NCBI GenBank assembly: GCA_044377005.1 | Contig: JBILJV010000003.1 | Location: 9,778 to 73,777, forward strand | Direction: 5' to 3' | Source: Bacteroidia bacterium | Lineage (GTDB): Bacteria > Bacteroidota > Bacteroidia > NS11-12g > UBA955 | Length of the DNA stretch: 64,000 bases | Shown here: positions 47,153 through 57,124 of the stretch, in pieces | Position numbering within the stretch: position 1 is the first letter of the stretch | Layout: the number at the start of each line of letters is the position of its first letter | Made by a program: the position numbers and the translations under genes | Notes under the pieces: model-generated | The model's input: only the letters and a program-made list of their open reading frames with translations | What the model was told of the DNA's origin: nothing | The model's database searches: none

Positions 47153-48043
47153 TTAAGCTTTTGCTTTTGCGCCTAAAACTTCAACCATTTTTGCGCCAAT
47201 TTCTGCAGGAGATTCAACAACATGAATTCCACATTCGCGCATAATTGCCATTTTTGCAGCAGCAGTATCGTCTTTACCACCAACTATTGCACCAGCGTGA
47301 CCCATTCTTCTACCAGCAGGAGCAGTTTGACCAGCGATAAAACCAACAACAGGCTTAGTTCCATGAGCCTGAATCCATCTAGCAGCTTCAGCTTCCATTC
47401 CTCCACCAATTTCACCAATCATGATTATTCCATCAGTATCTGGGTCGTTCATTAACATTTCAACCGCTTGTTTGGTACTAGTTCCAATAATTGGATCACC
47501 ACCAATTCCTATTGCAGTACTTTGACCTAAACCAGCTTTAGTAATTTGATCAACCGCTTCATAAGTTAAAGTTCCTGATTTTGAAACAATGCCTATTCTA
47601 CCTGGATTAAATATAAAACCAGGCATAATTCCAACTTTAGCACCACCCGGAGTCATTACACCAGGACAATTTGGACCTATTAAGGTACAAGATTTATCAC
47701 TTAAATAATCTTTAACTTTAATCATATCCTTAGTTGGAATACCTTCAGTAATACAAACTATCACTGCTATTCCAGCATCAGCAGCTTCTAAAATAGCGTC
47801 AGCGGCAAAAGCTGGAGGAACGAAAATAATAGAAACATTAGCATTTGTAGCTTTAACTGCTTCTTGAACAGTATTAAAAATTGGTTTATTTAAATCGGGA
47901 TGTAAGCTTCCTCCTTTTCCTGGAGTAACACCACCAACTACATTTGTACCATATTCTATCATTTGAGAAGCATGAAAAGTTCCTTCTTTACCTGTAAATC
48001 CTTGAACAATTACCTTTGAGTTTTTATCAACCAATACTGACAT
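47153..48043 (-). CDS. sucD: Succinyl-CoA synthetase (succinate--CoA ligase) alpha subunit
   Basis: [34 protein letters not shown]...GHAGAI contains the phospho-His loop. Confidence 0.95.
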   Translation of the reverse strand: MSVLVDKNSKVIVQGFTGKEGTFHASQMIEYGTNVVGGVTPGKGGSLHPDLNKPIFNTVQEAVKATNANVSIIFVPPAFAADAILEAADAGIAVIVCITEGIPTKDMIKVKDYLSDKSCTLIGPNCPGVMTPGGAKVGIMPGFIFNPGRIGIVSKSGTLTYEAVDQITKAGLGQSTAIGIGGDPIIGTSTKQAVEMLMNDPDTDGIIMIGEIGGGMEAEAARWIQAHGTKPVVGFIAGQTAPAGRRMGHAGAIVGGKDDTAAAKMAIMRECGIHVVESPAEIGAKMVEVLGAKAKA

Positions 48044-48156
48044 GACTTGTTTTTATTTTGTTGGCGCAAATATACATCAATTAACTTAAAATAATCAGGA
48101 TATTTTTATAATTTCGCACCTCACAATTATTCACAATAAACACAAAGAATTGTAAA

Positions 48157-48624
48157 ATGAATTTTCAAACCTACCCCGAACTAATAGAATCTGCACTTGC
48201 AACACTTGGATTAAACCCAGTAGAAACTAGATGTGCTGACGAAGGACAATGGATGATTTTTAATGGGGAAACCGAAATCTATATTGATCTATGGGAAAAT
48301 GAGAACGACAATCCTTGGTTATATTTTGAATCTACTGACTCTTTGTTTATGTTCCAAATAATTGCTCCCATTTGTTTAATGCCTAATGATAAATCAGAGG
48401 TGTTTTACGAAGAAATACTTCACAATAATTTAAATATGTTATATGGTTCTTATACCATCAATAAAGAACAAAATATATTGGCTGTAAAATATAGAAGACC
48501 TATGACAAATCTGAGCAAAGAAGAAATTATCGACCTAATCGAATGTATCGGTTATTATGCCGAATCAACTTTCGAAATACTCAAAGAAAGATATCCTATT
48601 CAAAAAATTGCTCAAGAAAATTAA
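48157..48624 (+). CDS. Small acidic cytoplasmic protein, YbjN / T3SS-chaperone-like fold (tentative)
   Basis: 155 aa with no signal peptide. The pattern of an N-terminal helix followed by beta-rich W/F/Y segments resembles YbjN-family proteins. The assignment is from memory only. Confidence 0.35.
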   Translation: MNFQTYPELIESALATLGLNPVETRCADEGQWMIFNGETEIYIDLWENENDNPWLYFESTDSLFMFQIIAPICLMPNDKSEVFYEEILHNNLNMLYGSYTINKEQNILAVKYRRPMTNLSKEEIIDLIECIGYYAESTFEILKERYPIQKIAQEN

Positions 48625-48701
48625 TTTTTTTTCGACGAAGGCAACCTTGATAGGCATAAACACCTCTAACCAATCAGAAAAAAGAAAGAAAAATTGTGTA
48701 A

Positions 48702-49250
48702 ATGGCAGATTTCAATACAGAACAACTAAACTTACTTTTAGCCCAATGTATTGACAATCAATCAAAAGCACAAAAAAAGTTATTTGAAATATTAGCTCCA
48801 AGAATGTATGCTATTTGCTTACGTTATGCACAAAATAATGATGAAGCAAAAGATATTTTACAAGAAGGTTTTATCAAAGTATTTGCAAATCTGAATAAAT
48901 TTGAACACAAAGGTTCTTTTGAAGGTTGGATAAAAAGGATTTTCATAAATACAAGTATTGAATTTTATAGAAAAAATCAAAAACACAATGTTTTAGATAA
49001 AATTGAACCATACAATGAAAAAGGAATTGAATCTGATGTACTTTCACTTTTAAAACATGCTGATTTAATGAAATTAGTTCAATGCTTACCCAATGGCTAC
49101 AGAACGGTCTTTAATTTATTTGTTGTGGAAGGATATAGTCATGATGAAATTTCTAAAATGTTAAATATATCGGAAAATACAAGCAAAAGCCAACTTCATA
49201 AAGCAAGACATTTCTTACAAGAGTTAATATTAAAACAAAATTTAAAGTGA
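48702..49250 (+). CDS. ECF-type RNA polymerase sigma factor
   Basis: Region 2 reads DEAKDILQEGFIKVFANL...EGWIKRIFINTSIEF. Region 4 is YSHDEISKMLNISENTSKSQLHKAR. Confidence 0.85.
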   Translation: MADFNTEQLNLLLAQCIDNQSKAQKKLFEILAPRMYAICLRYAQNNDEAKDILQEGFIKVFANLNKFEHKGSFEGWIKRIFINTSIEFYRKNQKHNVLDKIEPYNEKGIESDVLSLLKHADLMKLVQCLPNGYRTVFNLFVVEGYSHDEISKMLNISENTSKSQLHKARHFLQELILKQNLK

Positions 49251-50140
49251 GTATTAAAAACGACATACAAGCATTTGACCAGATTTTCAAAAATCAACTG
49301 GAAGAAGCAAGTGTAAATCCTCCTGTAGGCTTATGGGAGTCTATTGCCCCGCAAACTGCCCCTTTAAAAACCGTTACTACCGCGAGTAAATGGGGTGCTA
49401 CATGGCTTAAAACATTATTAATTTCTGGTACATTAGGAATTAGTTCCTTATTAACATATAAATACTACCAAACAAAACCAAAGATTAAACAAAACTATCC
49501 TATTGTTTCTGAAGAAATAGTAAAACAACCAAATATATCAATGGATGAAACTATTCCTGAGTTAGTTGAAATTAAAAATAAAAAGTTAAATACTGATAAA
49601 AAATCTATCCCAAATAATGTACTATCCAATTTATCTGATTTAAAAAAAGAAGTTATTAGAGATGATGAAAAAACAAATGATATTGTAAAGGAAAGTATTT
49701 TAAATTCAGGCATTTTAAACATCCCTAAAAACATCATTCCTTCAATAATAAATTCTACTCAAATAAATGAGAACATTGCAACAGAAGAAGAAAATGGGGA
49801 TTTGATGTATATACTAGAAAAGAGTTCAACTTTTGAAGAAGAAAACAAGATAACAGTAGTTAACAGTGATATCAATATCCCTAACGTAGTGACACCAAAT
49901 GGAGATGGATTGAACGATACATACTTTGTTGAAATACAAGGAGAAGAATATTTTGAAATGGTGATATACAATTCAAAAATGGAGAAATTATTTGAAACAA
50001 AATCAAAAAACAAAGCTTGGGATTGTAAATTACCCAATGGCGAGTTCGCAACATCTGGTAATTACACTGTGTTTTTAAAATATAAATTTCACAATCAAGA
50101 AATTGAGAGTCAATACATTAAACTTAAGGTCATAAAATAA
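49247..50140 (+). CDS. Anti-sigma-like single-pass membrane protein ending in a T9SS type-B (gliding-motility-associated) C-terminal domain
   Basis: The GTG start overlaps the sigma TGA (AAGTGAGT). About 50 aa at the N-terminus are followed by a TM helix (WLKTLLISGTLGISSLLTY) and a K/N/E-rich linker. The C-terminus is NIPNVVTPNGDGLNDTYFVEIQGEEYFEMVIYNSKMEKLFET...AWDCKLPNGEFATSGNYTVFLKY. Confidence 0.65.
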   Translation: MSIKNDIQAFDQIFKNQLEEASVNPPVGLWESIAPQTAPLKTVTTASKWGATWLKTLLISGTLGISSLLTYKYYQTKPKIKQNYPIVSEEIVKQPNISMDETIPELVEIKNKKLNTDKKSIPNNVLSNLSDLKKEVIRDDEKTNDIVKESILNSGILNIPKNIIPSIINSTQINENIATEEENGDLMYILEKSSTFEEENKITVVNSDINIPNVVTPNGDGLNDTYFVEIQGEEYFEMVIYNSKMEKLFETKSKNKAWDCKLPNGEFATSGNYTVFLKYKFHNQEIESQYIKLKVIK

Positions 50141-50170
50141 TATTTGGAAAAAACAAAAAATGAACATAAT

Positions 50171-53100
50171 ATGCAAACTGAAAATAGTATGAATAAAATA
50201 AGACAACTAGTTAAATTTGGCAAAGGGATTGGCGTAATGATAGCCTTCCTTTTCGTCCATTTTGGCGCTAATGCGCAATGTAGTATCACCGTATCAGGAG
50301 CTCCTTGTGTGGGAGAACCGGTGGTGTTTAATTGTAATTCTGTAGGGGCTTCCAATTACAGTTGGAACTTTAATGGTGAGGGAACAAACACAACCTTATG
50401 TAACCCTAGTTTTACATTTAACACTCCAGGACAAAAAACCATCACTTTATCATTAAGATTGGCGAATGGAAGCACATGTAACGCTACATACAATCTTGAT
50501 GTAAAGCCAAAACCAATTATTGATGTTAAACGTATTGTAAATCAAACACAATGCTTTGCCAACAATAGTTTTTGTTTTACAGATAGTAGTAAATCAGGTG
50601 AATCTGGTGGACAAATTTGTAGAACAGTCATTGTATTTGACGATGGTACACGTTACTCTTTTTCTGGCAACGGCCCTCGTCAGTTTTGTCACTCATTTGG
50701 CGATCCAGCAGGTGGAACCTACGGAATGACAATAGAAGTTGAAGATTGTAATGGATGTATTACAAAAACAAGATTAAATGCAGTTGCAATTGTTCAAGCT
50801 TCATTAGGCTTAACATTTACATCTCCACGTCCTCAAAAATGTGATAGCGTTCAATTGTGCGTTACTAACAATTCAACCATTCCATTATCTCAAATTACCT
50901 CATTTAAATGGGACTGGGGAGATGGTCAAATTACTAATGGTAATTCTTCTACACCTCAATTTTGGGGCAATCCTGGCAATACTCCTAATAACCCTATTTG
51001 TCATTGGTTTTATGCTCAAGGACCTAATGGAGGTAACTTCAATACAAAACTAACTGTAACATCAACCTTTGGTTGTACTGAATCATTTACTTTTACAGCG
51101 TCAGCAACTAACTTAATTGTAAAACCAGTAATTATTGCAGATCGTGATTCAGTATGTTTCAATGATAAAACGATACAATTTAAACTTAAAAATGGTGCAG
51201 TACCATTGGCAACTAATCCTGTTTGGAACTTTGGTAACCCACCAAGCGGACCTTTAAATATTGTTAGACAATGGACTGGAACTCACGCAGCTTGGGGATT
51301 AGGACCATACAAAATAAACTTCTCATTCCAACATCCGATACCTGGTTGTGGAAAAACAGTTTATGATACTATTTTAGTTATTGGACCACAATCAACTATT
51401 GAAGGTGCTCCACCTTCTGGTATGAAATGGTTAATTGACTCATTAAGATACCAATGTGTTATTAAGGATACGGTTAAATTCTGGAACTTCTCAAAATTCT
51501 ATCACAATGATAAAGACATGACAGACGATGACTCTGTTACTATTTTAGCAAAAGATAGTATTATGATTAATAAAACTACTGGTGCTATTGTAGACCCTAA
51601 TACAACTGCATTCAATCCTTCAACTCATGAATGGGTTAAACCAGGTTTTAATGCGCCATTGATACATGGATTTAATTCCAGACCAAATGGTCAAACGTCA
51701 TTAACACATCATAAGCAAAAAAGAGGTAATGACTGTACCATACGTCTTTGGGATTTTGATGATGACTATTGTGAAAAATGTACAACTGACACCAAAAATG
51801 GTGTTAATATTGGCAAAAATTGTAAATACAGTAAAGATACATTGCCACAACACTGGTACACTCCTTGGGATTCATTATACCAAACTAATTTTGGTTTACG
51901 TGCTGAAAATGTATTCCGTTATGACAAAGATTCTGGTTTGTGTTTCCAAAGAAGAATGTGGTCAAATGACTCAGTGGCAATTATCAGAGATACCTTCTTA
52001 TTCTATGGTGATAACCCTCTAGGAAATAAAACAAAGGACTCTTCTGTTTTTGCGAATATAGATAATAAAATAAAAGTACCTTCAGGCGTTCAAGGTAAAG
52101 CAAGGATAGATATAACTATTGCAACAAGAGTATATGTACCTTCAGGTGATACTTTATTTGTTGACCCTAACAACGGTTTCCCTCCAAATAGATGGATTGG
52201 ACAACGTTATGTTACATTACAACCCGGAACCACTTTGATTCTAAACTCTAAAACAGACAAAGTCCTTTATCATTATTGGATTCAATATATTCAAGATACT
52301 ATTCCTCTTCATATGGTTCAACCTTGGCACAAAGTATGGAAAAAAGATGTAATGACTGGTTACCAAAAGGGTGATAGTATTAATGCAGATGCTCACCGTC
52401 AAAAATTCTATAGTGGAGATGTTGTAAGATGTTTCAATGTTCGTTTAAAACACGTTGACGTTTGTCATCCATTAAAGTGCGAGCATGAAGCTGTCGCTTC
52501 TTTAGCTTTGCAACCACCAAGTGCAAAAAAATTACGTAAAGAAGGTGTTCTATGTTTAGGTGGTGCTCAACAAACGTATGGTATAACATTTATTTTAGAA
52601 GACACGAAACCAGGATGTTCAAGAACTTGGGCTGAAATCAATTATGATACTGCTTTAAATAAAAATGGTTGGGTTCCATTAATTGGTCCAAACTTAGGTG
52701 CTGGTCAGGTTTCTACAGGTAATTTACCTCCAGTAAATCCTCCATATTTAGGTTATAACTTAGGTGGTCCTGCTCCAGGCCGTTTCTCTAAACAGTTTAC
52801 TGTTGATGATATTAAAGATACAACAACAGGTTATATCAATGTAGGTTTAATTGTTGGAAGTGGAATGTGGACTAATAATTTAAATAATGGTATTAATCCT
52901 AATACATGGGGATACCCAACAGGATGTAGTGATACTGTTTATTACAACAAATTTGCACGTTTCCCAATCTTAGATAATAACTTTAGAATTATTAAACCTA
53001 AAGAAGGTGATCAATTTACAAAAATCTGTAGAAAAGATACCATTTGCTTAACTACGAATGTTTGGAACAGATCTTATGTTCCAGATGTTGCTGAAGCATT

Positions 53101-55651
53101 ATGGACTTTAACTGGCGCTAACGTTGGTAAATACTACAACCAATATTATATACTAAGTGCAAGTGAAAGATACCAACGTTTCAAAACTATTCATCCTGAT
53201 ACGCCATACTTGGAGGACAGACTTCAAGTTGTTAAACAAAGTTTCTTTGATGGCAAAACAGTAACTTTAGATAGTCAAAACTTCAGAATTGCAAAAGTTA
53301 CTAAATGGCACACCGAAGCTGATATTACTCCAGTATTCGATATCATAAAAGCAATTTTAGAATTCAATAATATCGACATTTATGAATTAACACCTGCTCA
53401 ATTAAACGACATTATTTGGAATGGTCAAGGTCAATTTGGCAAACCATATACCGGCTCAAGAGGTTGTTTAGATACTACAGGTTTTGGAAGATTTATTAGA
53501 TTCTACAAAGTAGCTGATGCAAAACAAAGTTTACATTACAGAGATACCTCATTAATACCTATTGAAAAAGTAAAAGGATGGGATGGTAAAAATTATAATG
53601 CTTATTGCTTTATACCTCAATATTCTGGATATTATGTAGCAAACTTTGGTTTAAGAAGTACACCTCCTGAAAACTGTAACAAAAGTACTGGAACAGCTAA
53701 AAAAGTTATTGTTGGATTCTATGGTGTGATGAATTATACGGATACTATTATTTGTCATGGTTCTGAAATTGTTGCAGAACCTCAATTTAGATATTTTGAA
53801 GTATTCCCTGAAATCACCTTCCGATTATTAGACCCTACAGATTACTGGAGAACAAGAATTTCTGAAGCAGGAAATCCAAATAGAGAAACTCCTACTCGTT
53901 GGGATTTAAATAAAAGTGATGATGGAACTCACCCTCAATCTATCTTTGGTGGTTTCCCTTACGGGGCAACAGGTTTAGGAAATCCTCAAATAAGTTTGGG
54001 TGGTGTTCAAATTCCTGGAAGTTTATACTATAACCAAGATACTGGTAGAGTTTATACAATCAGAACTGCTGCAGGTGATAGTGCTACTTGCCGTGATACT
54101 TTCGTACAAGATATTTATGTTACTGCAGTTAGAGCTAAATTTGACATTGACCAAAAACGTCCTCAGTGTAATACTATTATAGAATTGTTTGATTCATCTT
54201 ATGTACAAGATCCATGTGTTGCTAAACGTGGAACACCTTGTGATAAAATTGTAAGATGGACCATTAACTGGGGTGACAAAGCAAGTAATTCAATCAATAA
54301 TTTCTACAATAATCTTCCTACAAGTATAGGTCACGATTATACAAGAAATGGACGTTTTGAAATTACATTAGAGGTTGAAACTGAACTTGGATGTATAGAC
54401 AGAGATACAATGGAAATTTACATTCCAGGTCCTATTCCATTCTTTGACACTTTAATCAATAGAAAATATTGTGTAGGCGAAAAAGTTAATTTCTCTAACT
54501 TAAGTACTTACCTTAGAGCTGACAGTAGTATATGGTTATGGAGTTTTGGTGATGGAGTTTTTGGAAACCAAACTGATACTATTACCCCTCAAAGTGATAC
54601 TATGAGTCATAAATATACTAAAGCAGGCACTTATTCTATATTCTTATACCATTACTTTAAATTAAAAGTAGGTAACACTTGGAAAACATGTTCTGTTGTT
54701 TATCCTGATACTACAAATGGTCAAGAGGCACACTTTACAATCGAAGTATCCGCTTATGATAGTTCAAAAGTAAATGCCACTCCTGTAGATGTATGTATTG
54801 GTGACACTGTCTTTATTAATGGAGAAGTTCACCCTTATGGAAGATATACTAACTATAAATGGAATTTTGGGGTAAACAGTACGGACACATTAATTACACC
54901 AGATACCGCACAAAAAAGAACATATAGCGCTCCTGGCAGATATGTAATTAAGTTTAGTGGTGATGTTAACTCCGCTTCTTCTACAATCAAAATTTGCCCT
55001 GGTGAAGACAGTGTAGTAGTGAATGTAGGAAATGTAAAAGCAGACTTCCAAATTGACTCCACTAACAAACCTATTTTCTGTTTCAATAATACTTCTACTA
55101 ACAATGTTAAAAACTACTGGTCATTCTACAATGATGAGTCTAACATTAAAAACCCTACTGGTAATAAACCTACACCTAAACTTTACAATAGAAATATTGA
55201 TGGTCAAGAGTTAAATGATCCTCAGGTCTGTGAAGATTACAGAGATTCATTAGGAGAATACTGGGTATGTTTAGAGGTTGAAAGTACTATAGGTTGTACA
55301 GATACCATTTGTAAAAAAGTATACAATGACTTTAAAGCATCTATTCGTCCACCTAACGTATTTACACCAAATACAGACGGTTTCGTTGGAGTAGATAAAG
55401 AAGGATTAGTTGGTAATAACGTCTTCAATATCGAAATTAATGGTCATGTTAAATACGACTTAGTCATTTACGACAGATGGGGTGTTAAAGTATTTGAATC
55501 AACAGACTCTAATAAAGATTGGAACGGTAAAGTAAACAATACTGGCGCTCTTTGTCCAGACGGAACTTACTATTATATCTTAAAATACAGATATAAAGGT
55601 ATCGAAAAAGACGAAGAAGTTCTAAACGGTGTTGTTAGAATAATCCGATAA
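50171..55651 (+). CDS. Giant secreted protein (~1826 aa) with N- and C-terminal PKD-like units, a ~900 aa unassigned central region and a T9SS type-B C-terminal domain
   Basis: The signal peptide is GVMIAFLFVHFGANAQ. PKD cores include WDWGDGQ, WTINWGDK, WLWSFGDG and KWNFGVNS. The C-terminus is PPNVFTPNTDGF...VIYDRWGVKVFESTDSNKDWNGK...GTYYYILKY. The track starts at TTG 50144; in-frame ATGs lie at 50171 and 50189. Confidence 0.8.
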   Translation: MQTENSMNKIRQLVKFGKGIGVMIAFLFVHFGANAQCSITVSGAPCVGEPVVFNCNSVGASNYSWNFNGEGTNTTLCNPSFTFNTPGQKTITLSLRLANGSTCNATYNLDVKPKPIIDVKRIVNQTQCFANNSFCFTDSSKSGESGGQICRTVIVFDDGTRYSFSGNGPRQFCHSFGDPAGGTYGMTIEVEDCNGCITKTRLNAVAIVQASLGLTFTSPRPQKCDSVQLCVTNNSTIPLSQITSFKWDWGDGQITNGNSSTPQFWGNPGNTPNNPICHWFYAQGPNGGNFNTKLTVTSTFGCTESFTFTASATNLIVKPVIIADRDSVCFNDKTIQFKLKNGAVPLATNPVWNFGNPPSGPLNIVRQWTGTHAAWGLGPYKINFSFQHPIPGCGKTVYDTILVIGPQSTIEGAPPSGMKWLIDSLRYQCVIKDTVKFWNFSKFYHNDKDMTDDDSVTILAKDSIMINKTTGAIVDPNTTAFNPSTHEWVKPGFNAPLIHGFNSRPNGQTSLTHHKQKRGNDCTIRLWDFDDDYCEKCTTDTKNGVNIGKNCKYSKDTLPQHWYTPWDSLYQTNFGLRAENVFRYDKDSGLCFQRRMWSNDSVAIIRDTFLFYGDNPLGNKTKDSSVFANIDNKIKVPSGVQGKARIDITIATRVYVPSGDTLFVDPNNGFPPNRWIGQRYVTLQPGTTLILNSKTDKVLYHYWIQYIQDTIPLHMVQPWHKVWKKDVMTGYQKGDSINADAHRQKFYSGDVVRCFNVRLKHVDVCHPLKCEHEAVASLALQPPSAKKLRKEGVLCLGGAQQTYGITFILEDTKPGCSRTWAEINYDTALNKNGWVPLIGPNLGAGQVSTGNLPPVNPPYLGYNLGGPAPGRFSKQFTVDDIKDTTTGYINVGLIVGSGMWTNNLNNGINPNTWGYPTGCSDTVYYNKFARFPILDNNFRIIKPKEGDQFTKICRKDTICLTTNVWNRSYVPDVAEALWTLTGANVGKYYNQYYILSASERYQRFKTIHPDTPYLEDRLQVVKQSFFDGKTVTLDSQNFRIAKVTKWHTEADITPVFDIIKAILEFNNIDIYELTPAQLNDIIWNGQGQFGKPYTGSRGCLDTTGFGRFIRFYKVADAKQSLHYRDTSLIPIEKVKGWDGKNYNAYCFIPQYSGYYVANFGLRSTPPENCNKSTGTAKKVIVGFYGVMNYTDTIICHGSEIVAEPQFRYFEVFPEITFRLLDPTDYWRTRISEAGNPNRETPTRWDLNKSDDGTHPQSIFGGFPYGATGLGNPQISLGGVQIPGSLYYNQDTGRVYTIRTAAGDSATCRDTFVQDIYVTAVRAKFDIDQKRPQCNTIIELFDSSYVQDPCVAKRGTPCDKIVRWTINWGDKASNSINNFYNNLPTSIGHDYTRNGRFEITLEVETELGCIDRDTMEIYIPGPIPFFDTLINRKYCVGEKVNFSNLSTYLRADSSIWLWSFGDGVFGNQTDTITPQSDTMSHKYTKAGTYSIFLYHYFKLKVGNTWKTCSVVYPDTTNGQEAHFTIEVSAYDSSKVNATPVDVCIGDTVFINGEVHPYGRYTNYKWNFGVNSTDTLITPDTAQKRTYSAPGRYVIKFSGDVNSASSTIKICPGEDSVVVNVGNVKADFQIDSTNKPIFCFNNTSTNNVKNYWSFYNDESNIKNPTGNKPTPKLYNRNIDGQELNDPQVCEDYRDSLGEYWVCLEVESTIGCTDTICKKVYNDFKASIRPPNVFTPNTDGFVGVDKEGLVGNNVFNIEINGHVKYDLVIYDRWGVKVFESTDSNKDWNGKVNNTGALCPDGTYYYILKYRYKGIEKDEEVLNGVVRIIR

Positions 55652-55668
55652 AAACTATTAAATAATTT

Positions 55669-55706
55669 AAATAAGCCCTGACTAACAATCAGGGCTTATT
55701 TTTTTT
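55669..55706 (+). terminator. Rho-independent terminator after the giant cargo gene
   Basis: A 13-bp stem AAATAAGCCCTGA / TCAGGGCTTATTT with a 7-nt loop, running into a T8 tract. Confidence 0.85.
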
Positions 55707-55713
55707 ACCTTTG
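55706..55713 (+). promoter_or_regulatory. Candidate -7 promoter box (TACCTTTG) for mnmE
   Basis: Exact TAnnTTTG match ending 7 nt before the ATG at 55721, immediately after the upstream terminator. Confidence 0.3.
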
Positions 55714-55720
55714 TACCTTC

Positions 55721-57124
55721 ATGTTTGCTCATCAATATAATCCTGAAGATACCATTGTTGCGATTACCACACCTGCAGGAAAGGGTGCTGTTGGAATGAT
55801 TAGAATCTCTGGTAATATTGCCTTTTCATTAACGGAGTCATTAACAAAAAAAGAAATAAATGCATGGCCTTCACATACCATTCACTTAAGTCGATTTTAT
55901 GAAAAGGAAGAAATTATTGATGAAGGATTGGTTTTGAAATTTAATGGACCAAACAGTTATACAGGTGAAGATACTATTGAGCTTAACTGTCATGGTTCTC
56001 CGCTGATACTTCAAAAAACTTTACAAACACTAATTTCTTTAGGTGCTAGAATGGCAGCACCAGGAGAGTTTACTTTCAGAGCATTTATGAACGGGAAACT
56101 CGACTTGGCTCAAGCAGAAGCAGTAGCTGATATTATAAACGCTGAAAGTGAAAAGGGATTAACCAATGCTCTTAAACATTTAAAAGGTGGTTTTTCAAAA
56201 TCAATACAAACATTAAGAACTGATTTAATAAAATTTGCTTCATTAATAGAACTCGAGCTCGACTTTGGTGAAGAAGATGTAGAATTTGCTGAAAGAGGTG
56301 CACTACTCAAAAAAATTGAAGAATTAAGAATTGAAATAACCCTATTGATTGAATCATTTAAAGTGGGAAACGCCATATCAAAAGGAATTCCAACCGCAAT
56401 AGTTGGCAAACCAAATGCAGGCAAATCTTCACTTCTAAACACGATTCTTAATGACGACAGGGCTATCGTTTCAAATATTGCAGGAACAACAAGAGATACT
56501 ATTGAAGAGCTTTTTAATATCAATGGTGTCCTTTATAGACTAATTGATACAGCAGGAATTAGGGAAACAGAAGATGTTATTGAAAAAATAGGCGTTAAAA
56601 AAGCCCTTGAAAAAATAAGTGAAGCAGACATTGTATTGTATTTAATTGATGCTGTAACATTTAACATTACTGAACTTCGCGATTTAATAAATGCACAATA
56701 CCATCAAAACAGCAAATTGATAGTTTGTTTTAATAAAATTGATTTATTAACAGAGAATGAATTATTGGAATTTCAGACAAATATTAATCACGAAAAGCTA
56801 CTAAAACATGGTATTGAAACTCTATTTATTTCAACAACCAAAAAACAAGGCATTGCAGAATTGAAGGAATTGATGTCAAAAGACATTTTAAACCAATTAA
56901 GGGCTAATGAGCAATTACTAACCAACAATAGACATTATGAAGCACTATGTAAAGCAAATGAGCAACTACTCTTGTGTAAAAAAGCCATAGAACAAAGAAT
57001 AAGTAACGACCTTTTAGCCGAAGACCTCAAACTTGCCTTGTATCATCTTGGAGAGATCTCAGGAACTATCAGCAATGATGACCTTTTAGAGTCTATTTTT
57101 AGAGATTTCTGTATAGGAAAGTAA
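55721..57124 (+). CDS. mnmE: tRNA modification GTPase MnmE (TrmE)
   Basis: DTIVAITTPAGKGAVGMIRISG...G1 motif GKPNAGKSSLLN...DTAGIRE...C-terminal FCIGK. Confidence 0.95.
   Translation: MFAHQYNPEDTIVAITTPAGKGAVGMIRISGNIAFSLTESLTKKEINAWPSHTIHLSRFYEKEEIIDEGLVLKFNGPNSYTGEDTIELNCHGSPLILQKTLQTLISLGARMAAPGEFTFRAFMNGKLDLAQAEAVADIINAESEKGLTNALKHLKGGFSKSIQTLRTDLIKFASLIELELDFGEEDVEFAERGALLKKIEELRIEITLLIESFKVGNAISKGIPTAIVGKPNAGKSSLLNTILNDDRAIVSNIAGTTRDTIEELFNINGVLYRLIDTAGIRETEDVIEKIGVKKALEKISEADIVLYLIDAVTFNITELRDLINAQYHQNSKLIVCFNKIDLLTENELLEFQTNINHEKLLKHGIETLFISTTKKQGIAELKELMSKDILNQLRANEQLLTNNRHYEALCKANEQLLLCKKAIEQRISNDLLAEDLKLALYHLGEISGTISNDDLLESIFRDFCIGK

Noticed and set aside
50841-54182. Several 60-97 aa plus-strand ORFs in alternative frames inside the 1835 aa gene (50841..51053, 51729..52022, 54000..54182)
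   Set aside because: They are out-of-frame ORFs nested in a long gene that has coherent domain structure. Nothing independent supports them.
56110-56523. A 137 aa ORF antisense to mnmE
   Set aside because: It is a shadow ORF inside a highly conserved gene. It is S/L/F/I-rich with no motif.
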